A DNA stretch of 63,064 bases, from IMG/VR virus record IMGVR_UViG_3300027807_000001, positions 147,285-210,348 of that record; one strand, written 5' to 3'. The stretch is from a virus. Lineage: Duplodnaviria; Heunggongvirae; Uroviricota; Caudoviricetes. Numbering within the stretch: the stretch's first letter is position 1; each line of letters opens with the position of its first letter. A program made the position numbers and the translations under genes. The notes below the pieces were generated by a model that worked only from the letters and a program-made list of their open reading frames with translations, did no database searches and was not told where the DNA came from. Shown here one piece after another: positions 17,488 to 27,514 of this stretch.

Positions 17488-18868
17488 CTGAATTCTCTCC
17501 TGTTCCCGTAAATGATGTTCCTTGCGCGTATGCTAATGCTCCAGGATTAAGAGGAATTCCGCCTACTGTGGGAGCAATGAATCTTTCGGTCATCAGCATC
17601 TTATCAAAACATGCATCAATCGTAAATCTACATCCTTTGTCATCGCGTATGGCAATCGTTGCTGCTGTCATTTCAACAACGTCACTAACTTCTAATTCGT
17701 CCCTATCTGTTAAACGAAGGGATAATAGAGTATCTGCGTGCGCGGATATTAGATGGGAAAGTCCGATATTTTCTACATTGTACTTATACTTCGCCTCTTT
17801 GATGCCATCTCTATTCGCCTGCGCTGCGGTAATGATAGGGATGTTCATCTCCCTCGCGATGTATCGAATTTCTTCAGTAACCTTGCCAATTGATTCCCAC
17901 TGGTCTTTTCCTTTAACGGAAGGCTTTACGATAGTAAGATAATCTACTACGACTAAATCAAATTTGTGCGGAAACGTCTTAATCTTAGATCGTAGATATG
18001 TCGTATTACAATCAGGGGCGTCGATAACATAAAGCTTATTGGTTCTCGATTTTTGAATATTGAGGCATTGTTTATATATTTCTTCTTCCATCGGATTTAG
18101 CTTACCGTCACGAATTTTGCTGTAAGACAGCCCTGACGCTCGTGCGTCGTATCTTCTTTCTACCTGTTCTTTAGGCATTTCAACAGATACATATAGAACG
18201 TTGTATCCTGCTGTGTGAACATTGTGAGCGATGTTCATCAGCGCAGTTGATTTGCCTTCTTTAACTGCGGCAATAAGAACCATTAGTTGCCCGCCGCGAA
18301 CTCCATTGGTTACATTGTCAAACGTAGGCCACCCTATGTGTATGCCCTTATATTTATCTGGGTTGTTCTTGATGTCTACGTAATGCGCAAGCCGAGAATC
18401 TGCTGACTTGTCAAGAAATCCTTCTCTTACATCCTCTCTTCCTGTTAATTCTAGTTTAACTATTCCTTCTTTTAAACTCTCGATAGATTGGTTGACATTG
18501 TCAGAATCGAGGTGGTTTACTGATGCTATAAGCGTTTCCCTTAGCTTATGTTCTTTGAAATTCTGCTTGAGTTGGTCTATGAGGAAAGTAAGAGGTCTAT
18601 CTTCGTATGACGCTGAACGGAGTTCAGAGAAGAGCAGTGCTACTCTCTGTTTCTGTTCTTCTGCAATTTTACTCTTATCCAAAACTAGTTTTAGAGTATC
18701 AGTAGAAGGAAGAGTGCCGTACTTGTTGAAATACCAGGAGATAATTTCAAAAAGCTTTTTGTTAGTAGCGTCTAGTAGTAAGTCTGCTTCTACTTGTTTT
18801 TCTGCAGCCAGTTGGAGATCTGATGCAGAAAACAGTGCCTTCTTTAAAAACTCTCTTTCTATGCTCAT
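17468..18868 (-). CDS. dnaB: DnaB-like replicative helicase
   Basis: G.PTFD..TNG, Walker A AAVKEGKST, SVEM, VVDYL, IITAAQANR. Confidence 0.88.
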   Translation of the reverse strand: MSIEREFLKKALFSASDLQLAAEKQVEADLLLDATNKKLFEIISWYFNKYGTLPSTDTLKLVLDKSKIAEEQKQRVALLFSELRSASYEDRPLTFLIDQLKQNFKEHKLRETLIASVNHLDSDNVNQSIESLKEGIVKLELTGREDVREGFLDKSADSRLAHYVDIKNNPDKYKGIHIGWPTFDNVTNGVRGGQLMVLIAAVKEGKSTALMNIAHNVHTAGYNVLYVSVEMPKEQVERRYDARASGLSYSKIRDGKLNPMEEEIYKQCLNIQKSRTNKLYVIDAPDCNTTYLRSKIKTFPHKFDLVVVDYLTIVKPSVKGKDQWESIGKVTEEIRYIAREMNIPIITAAQANRDGIKEAKYKYNVENIGLSHLISAHADTLLSLRLTDRDELEVSDVVEMTAATIAIRDDKGCRFTIDACFDKMLMTERFIAPTVGGIPLNPGALAYAQGTSFTGTGENSDVSDNN

Positions 18869-19557
18869 GAATTTGCTGTACCTTGACGAAAATCTATGCC
18901 TTTAAACTCATATGGAGTGGTGCATTCATTTAAAATTGAATAAACTTCTTCTCCATAAACATCTTTGATCTTCTTGAAATAAAGATTACTTGTAATTATA
19001 GTCGTCTGTAGATTGTTAAATCTGCGACGAAGAACGTCGTTGAAGCAGGCACTTACTAACTGGTTATTGGTTTTTGTTTCATTTCCCACTTCATCTATAA
19101 CTAATACATCAGTGCTTAAAACAAGGTCTTCATACTGAGCTTTTATTTCTTCATCTTTCCATCCGCTAGCGTATAAATCAACCAAAGCACTCAACGTTAC
19201 GAAATAGCCGGATCTGCCTCTCTTCATCGATTCCATCAAGACTATAGAGGCTATGCCGGTTTTCGCTAGGCCTGTAGAACCAAATAGGTATAGCCCTCTC
19301 CCCTCTTCCAGATTCTTTTCGAGATTAGAAAGATATGTAGCTATCTTAGATCGTACTTCCGTTGTCTGAGGGTGTGTAATTTGATCAAAGGTTAAATTCC
19401 GGTACTTCGTTGCGATATTGGCTTTAACTTTCTTGAATTCAAATCTAAAGGCGTCTACACAACTGCATTTGTAATTAGTTCCGTGGCAGCGAGAGCATCC
19501 TTCTATTATTTGTTTTTTAATTTTGAGTAAGTATTTTCTATCTCTTTCAGATAACAT
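18865..19557 (-). CDS. DnaC/IstB-like helicase loader
   Basis: Zn-finger CSRC...CSC, GLYLFGSTGLAKT, VLVIDEVG, TIITSN, G.DFR. Confidence 0.88.
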   Translation of the reverse strand: MLSERDRKYLLKIKKQIIEGCSRCHGTNYKCSCVDAFRFEFKKVKANIATKYRNLTFDQITHPQTTEVRSKIATYLSNLEKNLEEGRGLYLFGSTGLAKTGIASIVLMESMKRGRSGYFVTLSALVDLYASGWKDEEIKAQYEDLVLSTDVLVIDEVGNETKTNNQLVSACFNDVLRRRFNNLQTTIITSNLYFKKIKDVYGEEVYSILNECTTPYEFKGIDFRQGTANS

Positions 19558-19566
19558 CCAAGCTCC

Positions 19567-19962
19567 TTACTTCAACCACTTTTCTTTTTCCGCTTTCAAC
19601 CAAGCTTTCATTTCATCGTCTAATACCATTTCCGGAGCTTTAACCTTACTGGATCTAACTGATTTCATACCTGTCTTCAAATAAATACTGGTCATATTGA
19701 ATATCCAGTTCATGTCTATAGGCGTTAGCCTTTTTCTTTTGGGATATTCTTCGAACATTGCATCGATAAAGGGGAAGATATCTTTAAGAGGTCTCCCTGC
19801 TTCAAAAAATCTGCGCATCACTTTTAACATAATAGCGCAATCCCTCGCAAAGATAACGGGGTATTCTTTATTTTCTGTAGTGAGGTACTTTTTTGCAAAG
19901 TACTTTACGAAATCATTGGATGTGTAGTCTCTTAGCGGCTTGTCTCTTTGTACCATTAGCAT
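19567..19962 (-). CDS. Hypothetical protein (possible replication initiator partner)
   Basis: 131-aa ORF directly upstream of loader and helicase. Confidence 0.6.
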   Translation of the reverse strand: MLMVQRDKPLRDYTSNDFVKYFAKKYLTTENKEYPVIFARDCAIMLKVMRRFFEAGRPLKDIFPFIDAMFEEYPKRKRLTPIDMNWIFNMTSIYLKTGMKSVRSSKVKAPEMVLDDEMKAWLKAEKEKWLK

Positions 19963-19977
19963 AGGAATTTAATGAAT

Positions 19978-20005
19978 AAAAAAGCTCCAGATTACGCGCT
20001 GGAGC
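19978..20005 (-). terminator. Intrinsic terminator
   Basis: GCTCCAG-N8-CTGGAGC followed by TTTTTT on minus strand. Confidence 0.75.
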
Positions 20006-20033
20006 ACCGCGATATAGAAGCGTCAGGCTTAAG

Positions 20034-20441
20034 TTAATTAGTTTTCTTAAGCTTAGATCTGCGAACGCTGATCAAATTGCGGACACTCTTTTCTGGCGTT
20101 TCGGGGAAGACTGCTAATACATTCTTTACAATATCATCGACTGATAGGTTGCTAGCTAACCCTTCGTCTACGACATTCGACTTCTTGAGTTTCCCAGTTT
20201 TAGGCTTTGCCGCTACCGCCGTATTAGAATCGGCGGGCTGATTCGTTTCTTGTGACATTGCTATCTCCTCTACAATTTTTACAATTGGTGCTAGCTGATA
20301 ATCCAATGGAAGTTGTACGTTATTTTGCGTTTCTAGCGATCGCACAACGACCTCTTTTTCTTTCTTCTCTAAAACTTCTACGGCGATATTATGAGCAGTA
20401 GAATAAGTGTTACCGATTACAGCTCTAGACGCACTGATCAT
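20034..20441 (-). CDS. Hypothetical protein
   Basis: 135-aa ORF preceded by TGTAATA-N6-ATG. Confidence 0.7.
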   Translation of the reverse strand: MISASRAVIGNTYSTAHNIAVEVLEKKEKEVVVRSLETQNNVQLPLDYQLAPIVKIVEEIAMSQETNQPADSNTAVAAKPKTGKLKKSNVVDEGLASNLSVDDIVKNVLAVFPETPEKSVRNLISVRRSKLKKTN

Positions 20442-20471
20442 GTTTATTATTACAGCAGCTGCGACAAAATC

Positions 20472-21971
20472 TTACGTAGGGAATACTATTTGCTCTGGTC
20501 CTGAAATGCGCTTAATCAAAAACTCTGGTTCGGTCTTATAAATCTTTAATCGATCCTTAGCATGGGTTCCCAGATATTTGCAGTGATCGTCATAGATATC
20601 GATAATCGTGACCTTGTTTTTCTTAGCCGTTTTTCTGAGTGCCCTGCCCACTAATTGCAGCGAATCTATTGACGATTTATTTGCTTTAGCGTTAATAAGT
20701 ACGTCCAGTGACGGACAATCAATTCCTTCCCCGAATACGGTAGTAGCTATCACTATTTCTATCTTTCTATCATTAAGATCTGCCAGTATCTTCTTTCTTT
20801 CAGCAGAATCGATTTGACCACTCGCAAATCGTATCTTCCCCGGAGCACATGCTTTAAGCATGGTTTCGAGCATTCTTCCGTGCTCAATGCGTGTTACTGC
20901 AATCAGTGAAGTCTTTCCAGCTGCCATCGCTTTAAGTGCAGCTCTAACTACTGCTTTGTTTCTAAATGTATTATTGACCACTTGCTGTTCATACATGTGA
21001 GGATATCCGAAAGCGTTTGGTCGTCCGTGATCAAACTCATACAAGTAGATAGTCGGCTTTGATAGATATCCTCTTGCTATCAGTTCCGATGCAGAAATAT
21101 CAACACATCTAGCACCAGTGTGAGCATCTAAAAGAAGATCCGCGTTATCTTCCCGGAAAGGCGATGCGCTAAATCCCCAGCGATAGTACGCTTGTTTACA
21201 TTCTACTAAGACTTTTCCGAAAATTGTAGCAGCCACGTGATGGCACTCATCGATGATAACGCATTGGGCATTTTCAACAACGCCTTTAATAAGCTCAGGC
21301 TTAGAGATCTCTGTCTTATCATTTTCTACATCTTTTAATCCTTGTAATGTCCCACCATATGCTCGATGTATAGTCTGTATCATACCTACGGTGATTCTCT
21401 GAGGAGCCACTTCCCCGCAGCCAATGCGCCCTATGGGCACGCCTAGCCTTTTTTCCAATCTTTCTACTAACTGGTGAAAAATATCCTGTTTATGGATAAG
21501 TACTAAGGTAGGCAGATTGGTGCGGCTTATGAGTTCCGCTATGATCTCAGTTTTTCCAGCACCAGTGGCAGCTCTGATCATCCCTCTCTGCTTGGCAAGA
21601 GCTTTGTCGGCCGCTTCTAGTTGATAATCTCTCAGATCAATACCTTTGATTGGTATTCTTTCTCCTAGTACCGGCGCGATACGTGTATCATCGATATCAT
21701 AGGATACTCCTTGTGCATTACAGGCGTCCCTAAAGTGATTGAACAGCCCTGTAGGGAAAGACAGCCCTCTCTTATTGAAGAGTTTCTTTCTTCCATCCCA
21801 GTGCTTGTTTTGAAATTGCTGTGAGTAAAGAGCTCCAGGGACTTCATAAGACATGCGATAAGATAGGTCTTCCCACAGCTCGACAGGGACTTCCCCTGTG
21901 ATGCTTGTGGTAATATTCCCTATGTGGGCCGTACAATTTACCGTTGCTGCTGTCGCAGGAAGTATTGACAT
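20472..21971 (-). CDS. Superfamily 2 helicase (UvsW/XPB-like)
   Basis: LRDYQ, ATGAGKT, DECHH, SASPFRED, GEGID.P, QLVGRALR; ATG 21971 preferred over TTG 22022. Confidence 0.9.
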   Translation of the reverse strand: MSILPATAATVNCTAHIGNITTSITGEVPVELWEDLSYRMSYEVPGALYSQQFQNKHWDGRKKLFNKRGLSFPTGLFNHFRDACNAQGVSYDIDDTRIAPVLGERIPIKGIDLRDYQLEAADKALAKQRGMIRAATGAGKTEIIAELISRTNLPTLVLIHKQDIFHQLVERLEKRLGVPIGRIGCGEVAPQRITVGMIQTIHRAYGGTLQGLKDVENDKTEISKPELIKGVVENAQCVIIDECHHVAATIFGKVLVECKQAYYRWGFSASPFREDNADLLLDAHTGARCVDISASELIARGYLSKPTIYLYEFDHGRPNAFGYPHMYEQQVVNNTFRNKAVVRAALKAMAAGKTSLIAVTRIEHGRMLETMLKACAPGKIRFASGQIDSAERKKILADLNDRKIEIVIATTVFGEGIDCPSLDVLINAKANKSSIDSLQLVGRALRKTAKKNKVTIIDIYDDHCKYLGTHAKDRLKIYKTEPEFLIKRISGPEQIVFPT

Positions 21972-22239
21972 CAATAATATTACAGTGTTTTTAGGAGAGA
22001 ATGTCTTTTTGATTTTGGACAAGGCGATTAAGACAGCTCTGCGCGTCTTTGTGTTATATCAAGAGATGGCGCAAGGAATTCGCATTTATGCGCGTAATAA
22101 CTAATATTAAAGCTATTGTTGCTAACTTGTGGTGTTATGTATTTGTCGCTTCGTGGCGTATTTTGCTTGGTAAAATTGTCGGCGGTCATATTTGCGATGA
22201 CGATTTGTAAAATAAAGCAGTTGTTACGGCTGATTTATT

Positions 22240-22357
22240 TAAATCTAATATCTAATGATACATCTAATTCTTAATCCAATTCTAAATTAGAATCCAATTC
22301 AAGATTACGGATTATTATTTCATAATAATCCGATACGCCTGGACACAGCTCCAGGCG
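22240..22357. repeat. AT-rich intergenic region with short direct repeats and two hairpins
   Basis: ATCTAAT x3, AATCCAATTC x2, CGGATTATTAT-TTC-ATAATAATCCG, CGCCTGGA-N6-TCCAGGCG. Confidence 0.7.
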
Positions 22358-22434
22358 ATCGATTTATGGAATTATGCGTAACAGCCACATTGATAGTGTA
22401 GTATTGTTTGTGAGCCGAGATTTGTAGGAGATAT

Positions 22435-22806
22435 ATGAGAAAGGATTTTAAAGAAAAGAAGGAAGTGGAAATAACCGTTAGGCGTACAGTGTGCGACATT
22501 TGCGATAGCGTCGTAGAAGATGGTATCGCCGCCGTGCGGCTGTCTACATTCATAGAGAGAGCTACTACCCCAGAAATGTTTTATAACAATAGTATACCCC
22601 CAGGTGCTGCATTTTTAGAAATATGCTCAGCAGCATGCTTGGAGAAAAATATAAAAGGGATCATCTTGATTTTAAATTCCAAGATGATCCCTTCGGCTCC
22701 AGATAATAAAAACGCCTTTGTTTCCTTAGGCGGAGACGTTGCGAATACAGCAGCACCGGGCACTATTACAATCAGCTCCTATCAGGCTAGTACTACACCA
22801 AGGTAA
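22435..22806 (+). CDS. Hypothetical zinc-binding protein; only credible plus-strand gene
   Basis: AGGAG RBS; CDICD and CSAAC motifs. Confidence 0.7.
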   Translation: MRKDFKEKKEVEITVRRTVCDICDSVVEDGIAAVRLSTFIERATTPEMFYNNSIPPGAAFLEICSAACLEKNIKGIILILNSKMIPSAPDNKNAFVSLGGDVANTAAPGTITISSYQASTTPR

Positions 22807-23470
22807 CTGGTCCATTAATTGCTGCGGAAGTAGTCTCTACTGTATAGCTAGTAGGAGCCTGAGCTGCCTTGATTGAAGCAGCTCTACCGTTCGCCACCGC
22901 CTCTACTTGAGAAAGACTAGTAGGAGTAGATATCTCAGAACTAAGAACCACAACGTCTCCTACACCAAAGTTAGTACCCGCTCCATAAACAAACTGATAA
23001 TGGACATAATAAGTAATGCTAGGAGACGCCGAAGTAGATTCTGATCCTCCGTTAGCGGTACCTAACAAAAGAGAAGTAGCAGCAGTTCCTCCCGTTACTT
23101 GGACGCGACTTGTTGATGAACCAGCAGTTCCCGAAGTTAAAACCAATTGATCTGCTGCAGGGTTGTAAACTGCAGTGAACCCCGTGAAGGCTTTGAGAGG
23201 AGCAGTTCCTCCCGGGACCCAGGAATTAACAGTAGCCTGAATAAATGCGGCTATATCATAGATGTTATGCTCTGCCGGAAAAGTAACCGTCTGAGCAGCG
23301 CCATCGTTATCTATTTCGATAGTCAATGTTGTGGAGGCCGCTAAAGTAGAAGCAGGAGCGACTCCTGAAATAGATGTGCCGTAAAGCTGAGTATCTATTG
23401 TAACCCCTACGATAGAATCCACCGCGGGTGTAATAGGTGTGAATGAACTGTTTCCATAAGATTGTGCCAT
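22793..23470 (-). CDS. Virion-associated protein carrying the module shared with sheath and baseplate
   Basis: TLTIEIDNDG...IQA.V...FTAVY...LTSG...VQVTGGTAA..LLLG; AGGAG RBS. Confidence 0.65.
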   Translation of the reverse strand: MAQSYGNSSFTPITPAVDSIVGVTIDTQLYGTSISGVAPASTLAASTTLTIEIDNDGAAQTVTFPAEHNIYDIAAFIQATVNSWVPGGTAPLKAFTGFTAVYNPAADQLVLTSGTAGSSTSRVQVTGGTAATSLLLGTANGGSESTSASPSITYYVHYQFVYGAGTNFGVGDVVVLSSEISTPTSLSQVEAVANGRAASIKAAQAPTSYTVETTSAAINGPVTLV

Positions 23471-23479
23471 AGCATCTCC

Positions 23480-23668
23480 TTACTCGTGAACTGCTTTTAT
23501 AAGATCAAAAGGCGTCCACGAATCTCTGATTTTGTCTAAAAGTGTACGCTCTTGATGAACAAAAGCGAGTAATATTGAACATTGAGGACATCTTGAAACG
23601 ACAGGAGCATTCTTTCCATAACATATCGTGATTCTGCTTGAACACGCGGGACATGCAAAGAATAACAT
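23480..23668 (-). CDS. Small zinc-ribbon protein
   Basis: CPAC...CPQC; GGAGG RBS. Confidence 0.6.
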   Translation of the reverse strand: MLFFACPACSSRITICYGKNAPVVSRCPQCSILLAFVHQERTLLDKIRDSWTPFDLIKAVHE

Positions 23669-23691
23669 AAAACCTCCATCGATCTTGCTCG

Positions 23692-24312
23692 TTAACTAAA
23701 ATCCAACTTATCAACCAAAGTATAATGAGGCAAACCATCTGCACCTGAAACCATCTTCATAGCCTGACCTACTTTAGAAGGATCAAGCGTTCCTATAACG
23801 CTGCAATGAACCCACCTTACAACACCGTAACTGCGCTGCGCTTGTTCTATAATTAATTGACCAAATTTCAAGTCGCCCGTCTTAGCAGCCGCTAATAATA
23901 TATTAAAAGTATCATCTACACTTTGCCCTTGAACTGCGAGATCTAATGCTTCGCATCGAGGATGCTGAGAAGTAGAAGAACTCCCTGGAATAACTTCGTT
24001 AAGTTCAGGACATCTATAGCCCGAATGAATAATAACAGGAGCATTAACAATACTTCTTATAGTTTCTCCGAGCTGCGCCAATGTTAATAATTTTTGAACC
24101 TGAGCATCAGTCAACGTCCTATTTTGTTGCTGCAAAGAAGCATTAGCCGTCGCAGTTAACTCGAACAAGGTAAAGTGAGGGGATAGCTGGATATTTTCAC
24201 GCAAGCTGCCCCCATTTTCAACTGGCGGAATTACTGATGCAGGAACAATATCTTGTTGATAAGTAGACGATTTAAATAATAAGTTAAGTATAGTTGTTAA
24301 CCAAGAAGGCAT
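23692..24312 (-). CDS. Peptidase M15-family endolysin
   Basis: LSPHFTL.EL, SGYRC..LN, SQH, EALD, WVHCS (His/Asp/His Zn ligands). Confidence 0.88.
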   Translation of the reverse strand: MPSWLTTILNLLFKSSTYQQDIVPASVIPPVENGGSLRENIQLSPHFTLFELTATANASLQQQNRTLTDAQVQKLLTLAQLGETIRSIVNAPVIIHSGYRCPELNEVIPGSSSTSQHPRCEALDLAVQGQSVDDTFNILLAAAKTGDLKFGQLIIEQAQRSYGVVRWVHCSVIGTLDPSKVGQAMKMVSGADGLPHYTLVDKLDFS

Positions 24313-24330
24313 AAAATCTCCTGCGTGTTA

Positions 24331-24741
24331 TTACCAAATACCAGGAGTTCCTGGATTAGTAACTCTCGAACCCGTAACAACCAGGTTAATATGTGCCGCT
24401 GTTGTCGTATTTGGATTAGCAAATTGAATTCCCGTGAAGGTAGCATTAACAAAAAGGAAACTATCAACAACAAATGTATTGCTTCCAGATGTTTGAACAA
24501 GAGTAACGGTAACAGGCTGATCTGTCTGAATCCATAAGACTGACGCCGTAGCTATATCTCCTAGAGATTGTGATGTAGCTGTTGTTGACGGATTAATCGT
24601 AAATGTCTCGGCGAAATAATCTCCTTGGGTGATATTAGATGTACTCAAGGAAGGATTTGCTAATAAAGTAAACCCCATACCAGCAGCAGGAGTTACTCCA
24701 TTAATTGTAAATGAGGCTTGTTGTGCAATATTAACTGACAT
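24331..24741 (-). CDS. Putative virion structural protein
   Basis: Beta-rich T/S-rich ORF; GGAG before ATG 24741. Confidence 0.55.
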   Translation of the reverse strand: MSVNIAQQASFTINGVTPAAGMGFTLLANPSLSTSNITQGDYFAETFTINPSTTATSQSLGDIATASVLWIQTDQPVTVTLVQTSGSNTFVVDSFLFVNATFTGIQFANPNTTTAAHINLVVTGSRVTNPGTPGIW

Positions 24742-24754
24742 TTTAATTCTCCAA

Positions 24755-26872
24755 TTAAACAATATCTCTGTAACTCAAAACTTGAGCCGTAAGAGAAGAA
24801 AAAGATTGCCCACCTGTTTGAGTAATATCTAGAGCTTGGCTAGTATTAAATAATACGGTAGCTGTAGCGCTTACTTCCCCCGAAACGTTAGATCCAGCCG
24901 CCAAAACTTGCTGGTAAGTACCTATCCCTGAAGGCCTAACTGCGACGTTATAAAATCCGGATCCTGGATTTCCATTTGATCCGTTAAATGAAACTTGCGC
25001 AACTGTACAAGTAGGAGGCAATTCTGCTGCGAAAGAGATATTGGTGCCGTAACCAGATGCAGCCGTGGGCGGATTAAGATAAAAATTATCAGATCCTACT
25101 TTTTGAGTTAATTGCAATAGACTAGATGAATTACTTCTTGCCCATCCTACTCGACGAAATAATGTATAGCCAGATGGCAAAGTAGGGGAGGTGGCTGATA
25201 ACGAAAATAGAGAGGCTACTGAAGAGCCAGTAGCATTAGTAATCACATGGAGTGCATACCACGTACTAGATGCAATAGATCCTGTATCTAACCCATTTGC
25301 TCCGGAAGCGCTAATATTTGCAGTTAAACTAATATTACTAAGGACAACCCCTTGAACCGATAAAGTAGCAGCAGTTACGGTTGCATGGCTTGTTGTAGTT
25401 ATATTTGACACTAACTGTGACTGTATGCTATTTCCAAGCGCAGAGATAACAGAAGTAACAATCGGAGACGCAGTTAATGTACCCGTAATATCAACATTTC
25501 GGGGAATTGTAACCGTATCTGTGAGAGAATCTCGTTGCAGAGTATTTCCATCGACAGTTCCAAATAATCTCAAGTCAGTCGTTGACGTAATGTTTCCAGG
25601 GCCTGAAACACTTCCTACCCAAGTAACCTGCCACAAAACAAAATTATTAGGATTAGATGTTACTGTCGCAATTGGCAACACGTTGTAATAATTCAGCGCG
25701 CTAGTAGATACCCCTTGAACACCATAGCTAGTATTAGTTGGAGACCCATTGGCAGCGAGCAAAAGCTGCATTGTTGAAGTATTAATATAGACAGTGTAGG
25801 TTCCATTATCTAAAGGCACCCCAGTAGCGCTAAGGAAATAAAACAAGTAGCTCTGAGTTATAGTAGAGAGAGAAGCGACGTTACCATTTACATTTAAAGC
25901 TTCTGTAGCCCCGAATGTGTATATCTTCAAGTCGTCATATCCAAATCCTGGCCCAGGACCTGAACCTGCTCCTGAAAACACCTCAGCGTACAATGCAGAA
26001 GTAGTTGATAATTGGCTTGTTGTAGAAGAAAAGCCAGATTCCATAAACAACTGAAGCAACTGACCCGAGGTAATTCCCGTAAAAGTACCTGTGATATCAT
26101 TAATAGATAATCCATGCACATTAGTGGGAGTAACAGTTCCAGTACCAAGACCCAGAACATGATAAGGAAAAGTAACTTCTTGATTAGATTGATAAGGAAG
26201 AGACAGCGCACTTAAAGTTTGAGTAGATGTAGGAACAGCTGCTAGGAGATTAGAGGGCTTTAATGTGAAAGTAGTGCGCGCGGTAGTAGTTAACGTTTGA
26301 GTAGTATCAATGACACCCAGAAATATAGAATTAGCAAAAGGCTGGTACGCGGCTGGATTACCGACAGAAGGACCAATATTAGTAACTACATCAATACGAT
26401 ATCCTTCAGTGCCACTCGTGAACAGCCTCTGATTAGTATTTTCCGCTAAAGTGAAAACTGTAGGGTCAATAGTATCTACATACGTTATATAAACGTAGTT
26501 AACTACCGACGAAGTAAGAGGAACAAGATAACTTCCAGTAGATGCTGGAGTTATAGTCGTCCCTCCTATACCATTATCCGTGGCTAGAGTTAAATTAGCA
26601 GCACTATAAGCTATGCTGGAATTATTAATAAGAACCCGCTGCCCATTAACGTCATAAGCAACTCCCGTCCCTATATTTACTGCAAAGGAAGGAGAAGTTA
26701 CGACGGTCATAGCAAATGGCGTTGCTTCTGAAAGTAATTGTGAATTAGGAACTATGCCGTAATTAAATTCATCAGTGAGACGCGTAGTTATCGCCTGCTC
26801 TTTAGTACTTTGCGCACGCGCAAGATCTGCTTGCAATACAGGCTGATCCGAATACCAGATTTCTTTTTCCAT
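24755..26872 (-). CDS. Tail fibre / baseplate-attached protein (paralogue of 27514..29541)
   Basis: Shared N-terminus; C-terminal SGANGLDTG..ASSTWY...SATSPTLPSGYT.FRRVG tail-fibre motif. Confidence 0.7.
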   Translation of the reverse strand: MEKEIWYSDQPVLQADLARAQSTKEQAITTRLTDEFNYGIVPNSQLLSEATPFAMTVVTSPSFAVNIGTGVAYDVNGQRVLINNSSIAYSAANLTLATDNGIGGTTITPASTGSYLVPLTSSVVNYVYITYVDTIDPTVFTLAENTNQRLFTSGTEGYRIDVVTNIGPSVGNPAAYQPFANSIFLGVIDTTQTLTTTARTTFTLKPSNLLAAVPTSTQTLSALSLPYQSNQEVTFPYHVLGLGTGTVTPTNVHGLSINDITGTFTGITSGQLLQLFMESGFSSTTSQLSTTSALYAEVFSGAGSGPGPGFGYDDLKIYTFGATEALNVNGNVASLSTITQSYLFYFLSATGVPLDNGTYTVYINTSTMQLLLAANGSPTNTSYGVQGVSTSALNYYNVLPIATVTSNPNNFVLWQVTWVGSVSGPGNITSTTDLRLFGTVDGNTLQRDSLTDTVTIPRNVDITGTLTASPIVTSVISALGNSIQSQLVSNITTTSHATVTAATLSVQGVVLSNISLTANISASGANGLDTGSIASSTWYALHVITNATGSSVASLFSLSATSPTLPSGYTLFRRVGWARSNSSSLLQLTQKVGSDNFYLNPPTAASGYGTNISFAAELPPTCTVAQVSFNGSNGNPGSGFYNVAVRPSGIGTYQQVLAAGSNVSGEVSATATVLFNTSQALDITQTGGQSFSSLTAQVLSYRDIV

Positions 26873-26875
26873 AGA

Positions 26876-27514
26876 TTAAGCCCCGAACCATTCTACCAAA
26901 ACATATCCGGATCCTCCAGCCCCTCCGGAGCCAACGCCTCCGGTGCCGCAACCACCTCCACCACCGCCTGCGCCAGAATTAGCAGCTCCTGAAGTCCCCG
27001 CAGGAGAAGTACCTGTTCCGCCACTAGGGCCAGTTACAATCCCCGTCAAAGGGCCTGCGCCACCTGCCCCCGCTGTGCCGCCACTGCCGCTTACTCCCCA
27101 AAGAGCTCCAGCACCTCCAGCTTGCCCTCCCGAATCTGATTGACCAGGCCGTCCTCCTTGAGCACTATACGACCCAAAAGAGGATACAGAGCCCGCACTA
27201 CCTGGAAGATCGGTGTCAGCCCCTGATCCACTCCCTCCTGAACCCACCGTAATACTTACAACTCCAGAGACAGGGACAACAGATTGATATACCCCCCCTG
27301 AACCGCCTCCGCCGCCTCCAAAGTAACTACTGTCCCCGGGAGTATATCCTCCGGCTCCGCCACCTCCTCCCCCTACTACTGTTATTCGTGCTAGCGTTAC
27401 GCCTGAAGGAGTAGACCATGTACCATTTGATGTAAAAAGCTGATATTGATAAGTCGCAGAAGAATCAATCTGAGCCTGCAGCCCCTGAATCATACTTAGC
27501 AATAGAGTGTACAT
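26876..27514 (-). CDS. Glycine-rich tail fibre-associated protein
   Basis: FTSNGTW..PSGV....VVGGGGGG...GGSGYVLVEW. Confidence 0.7.
   Translation of the reverse strand: MYTLLLSMIQGLQAQIDSSATYQYQLFTSNGTWSTPSGVTLARITVVGGGGGGAGGYTPGDSSYFGGGGGGSGGVYQSVVPVSGVVSITVGSGGSGSGADTDLPGSAGSVSSFGSYSAQGGRPGQSDSGGQAGGAGALWGVSGSGGTAGAGGAGPLTGIVTGPSGGTGTSPAGTSGAANSGAGGGGGGCGTGGVGSGGAGGSGYVLVEWFGA

Noticed and set aside
15022-18868. Inteins or introns in nrdJ and dnaB (also recA, polA)
   Set aside because: Continuous ORFs of normal length with no splicing motifs
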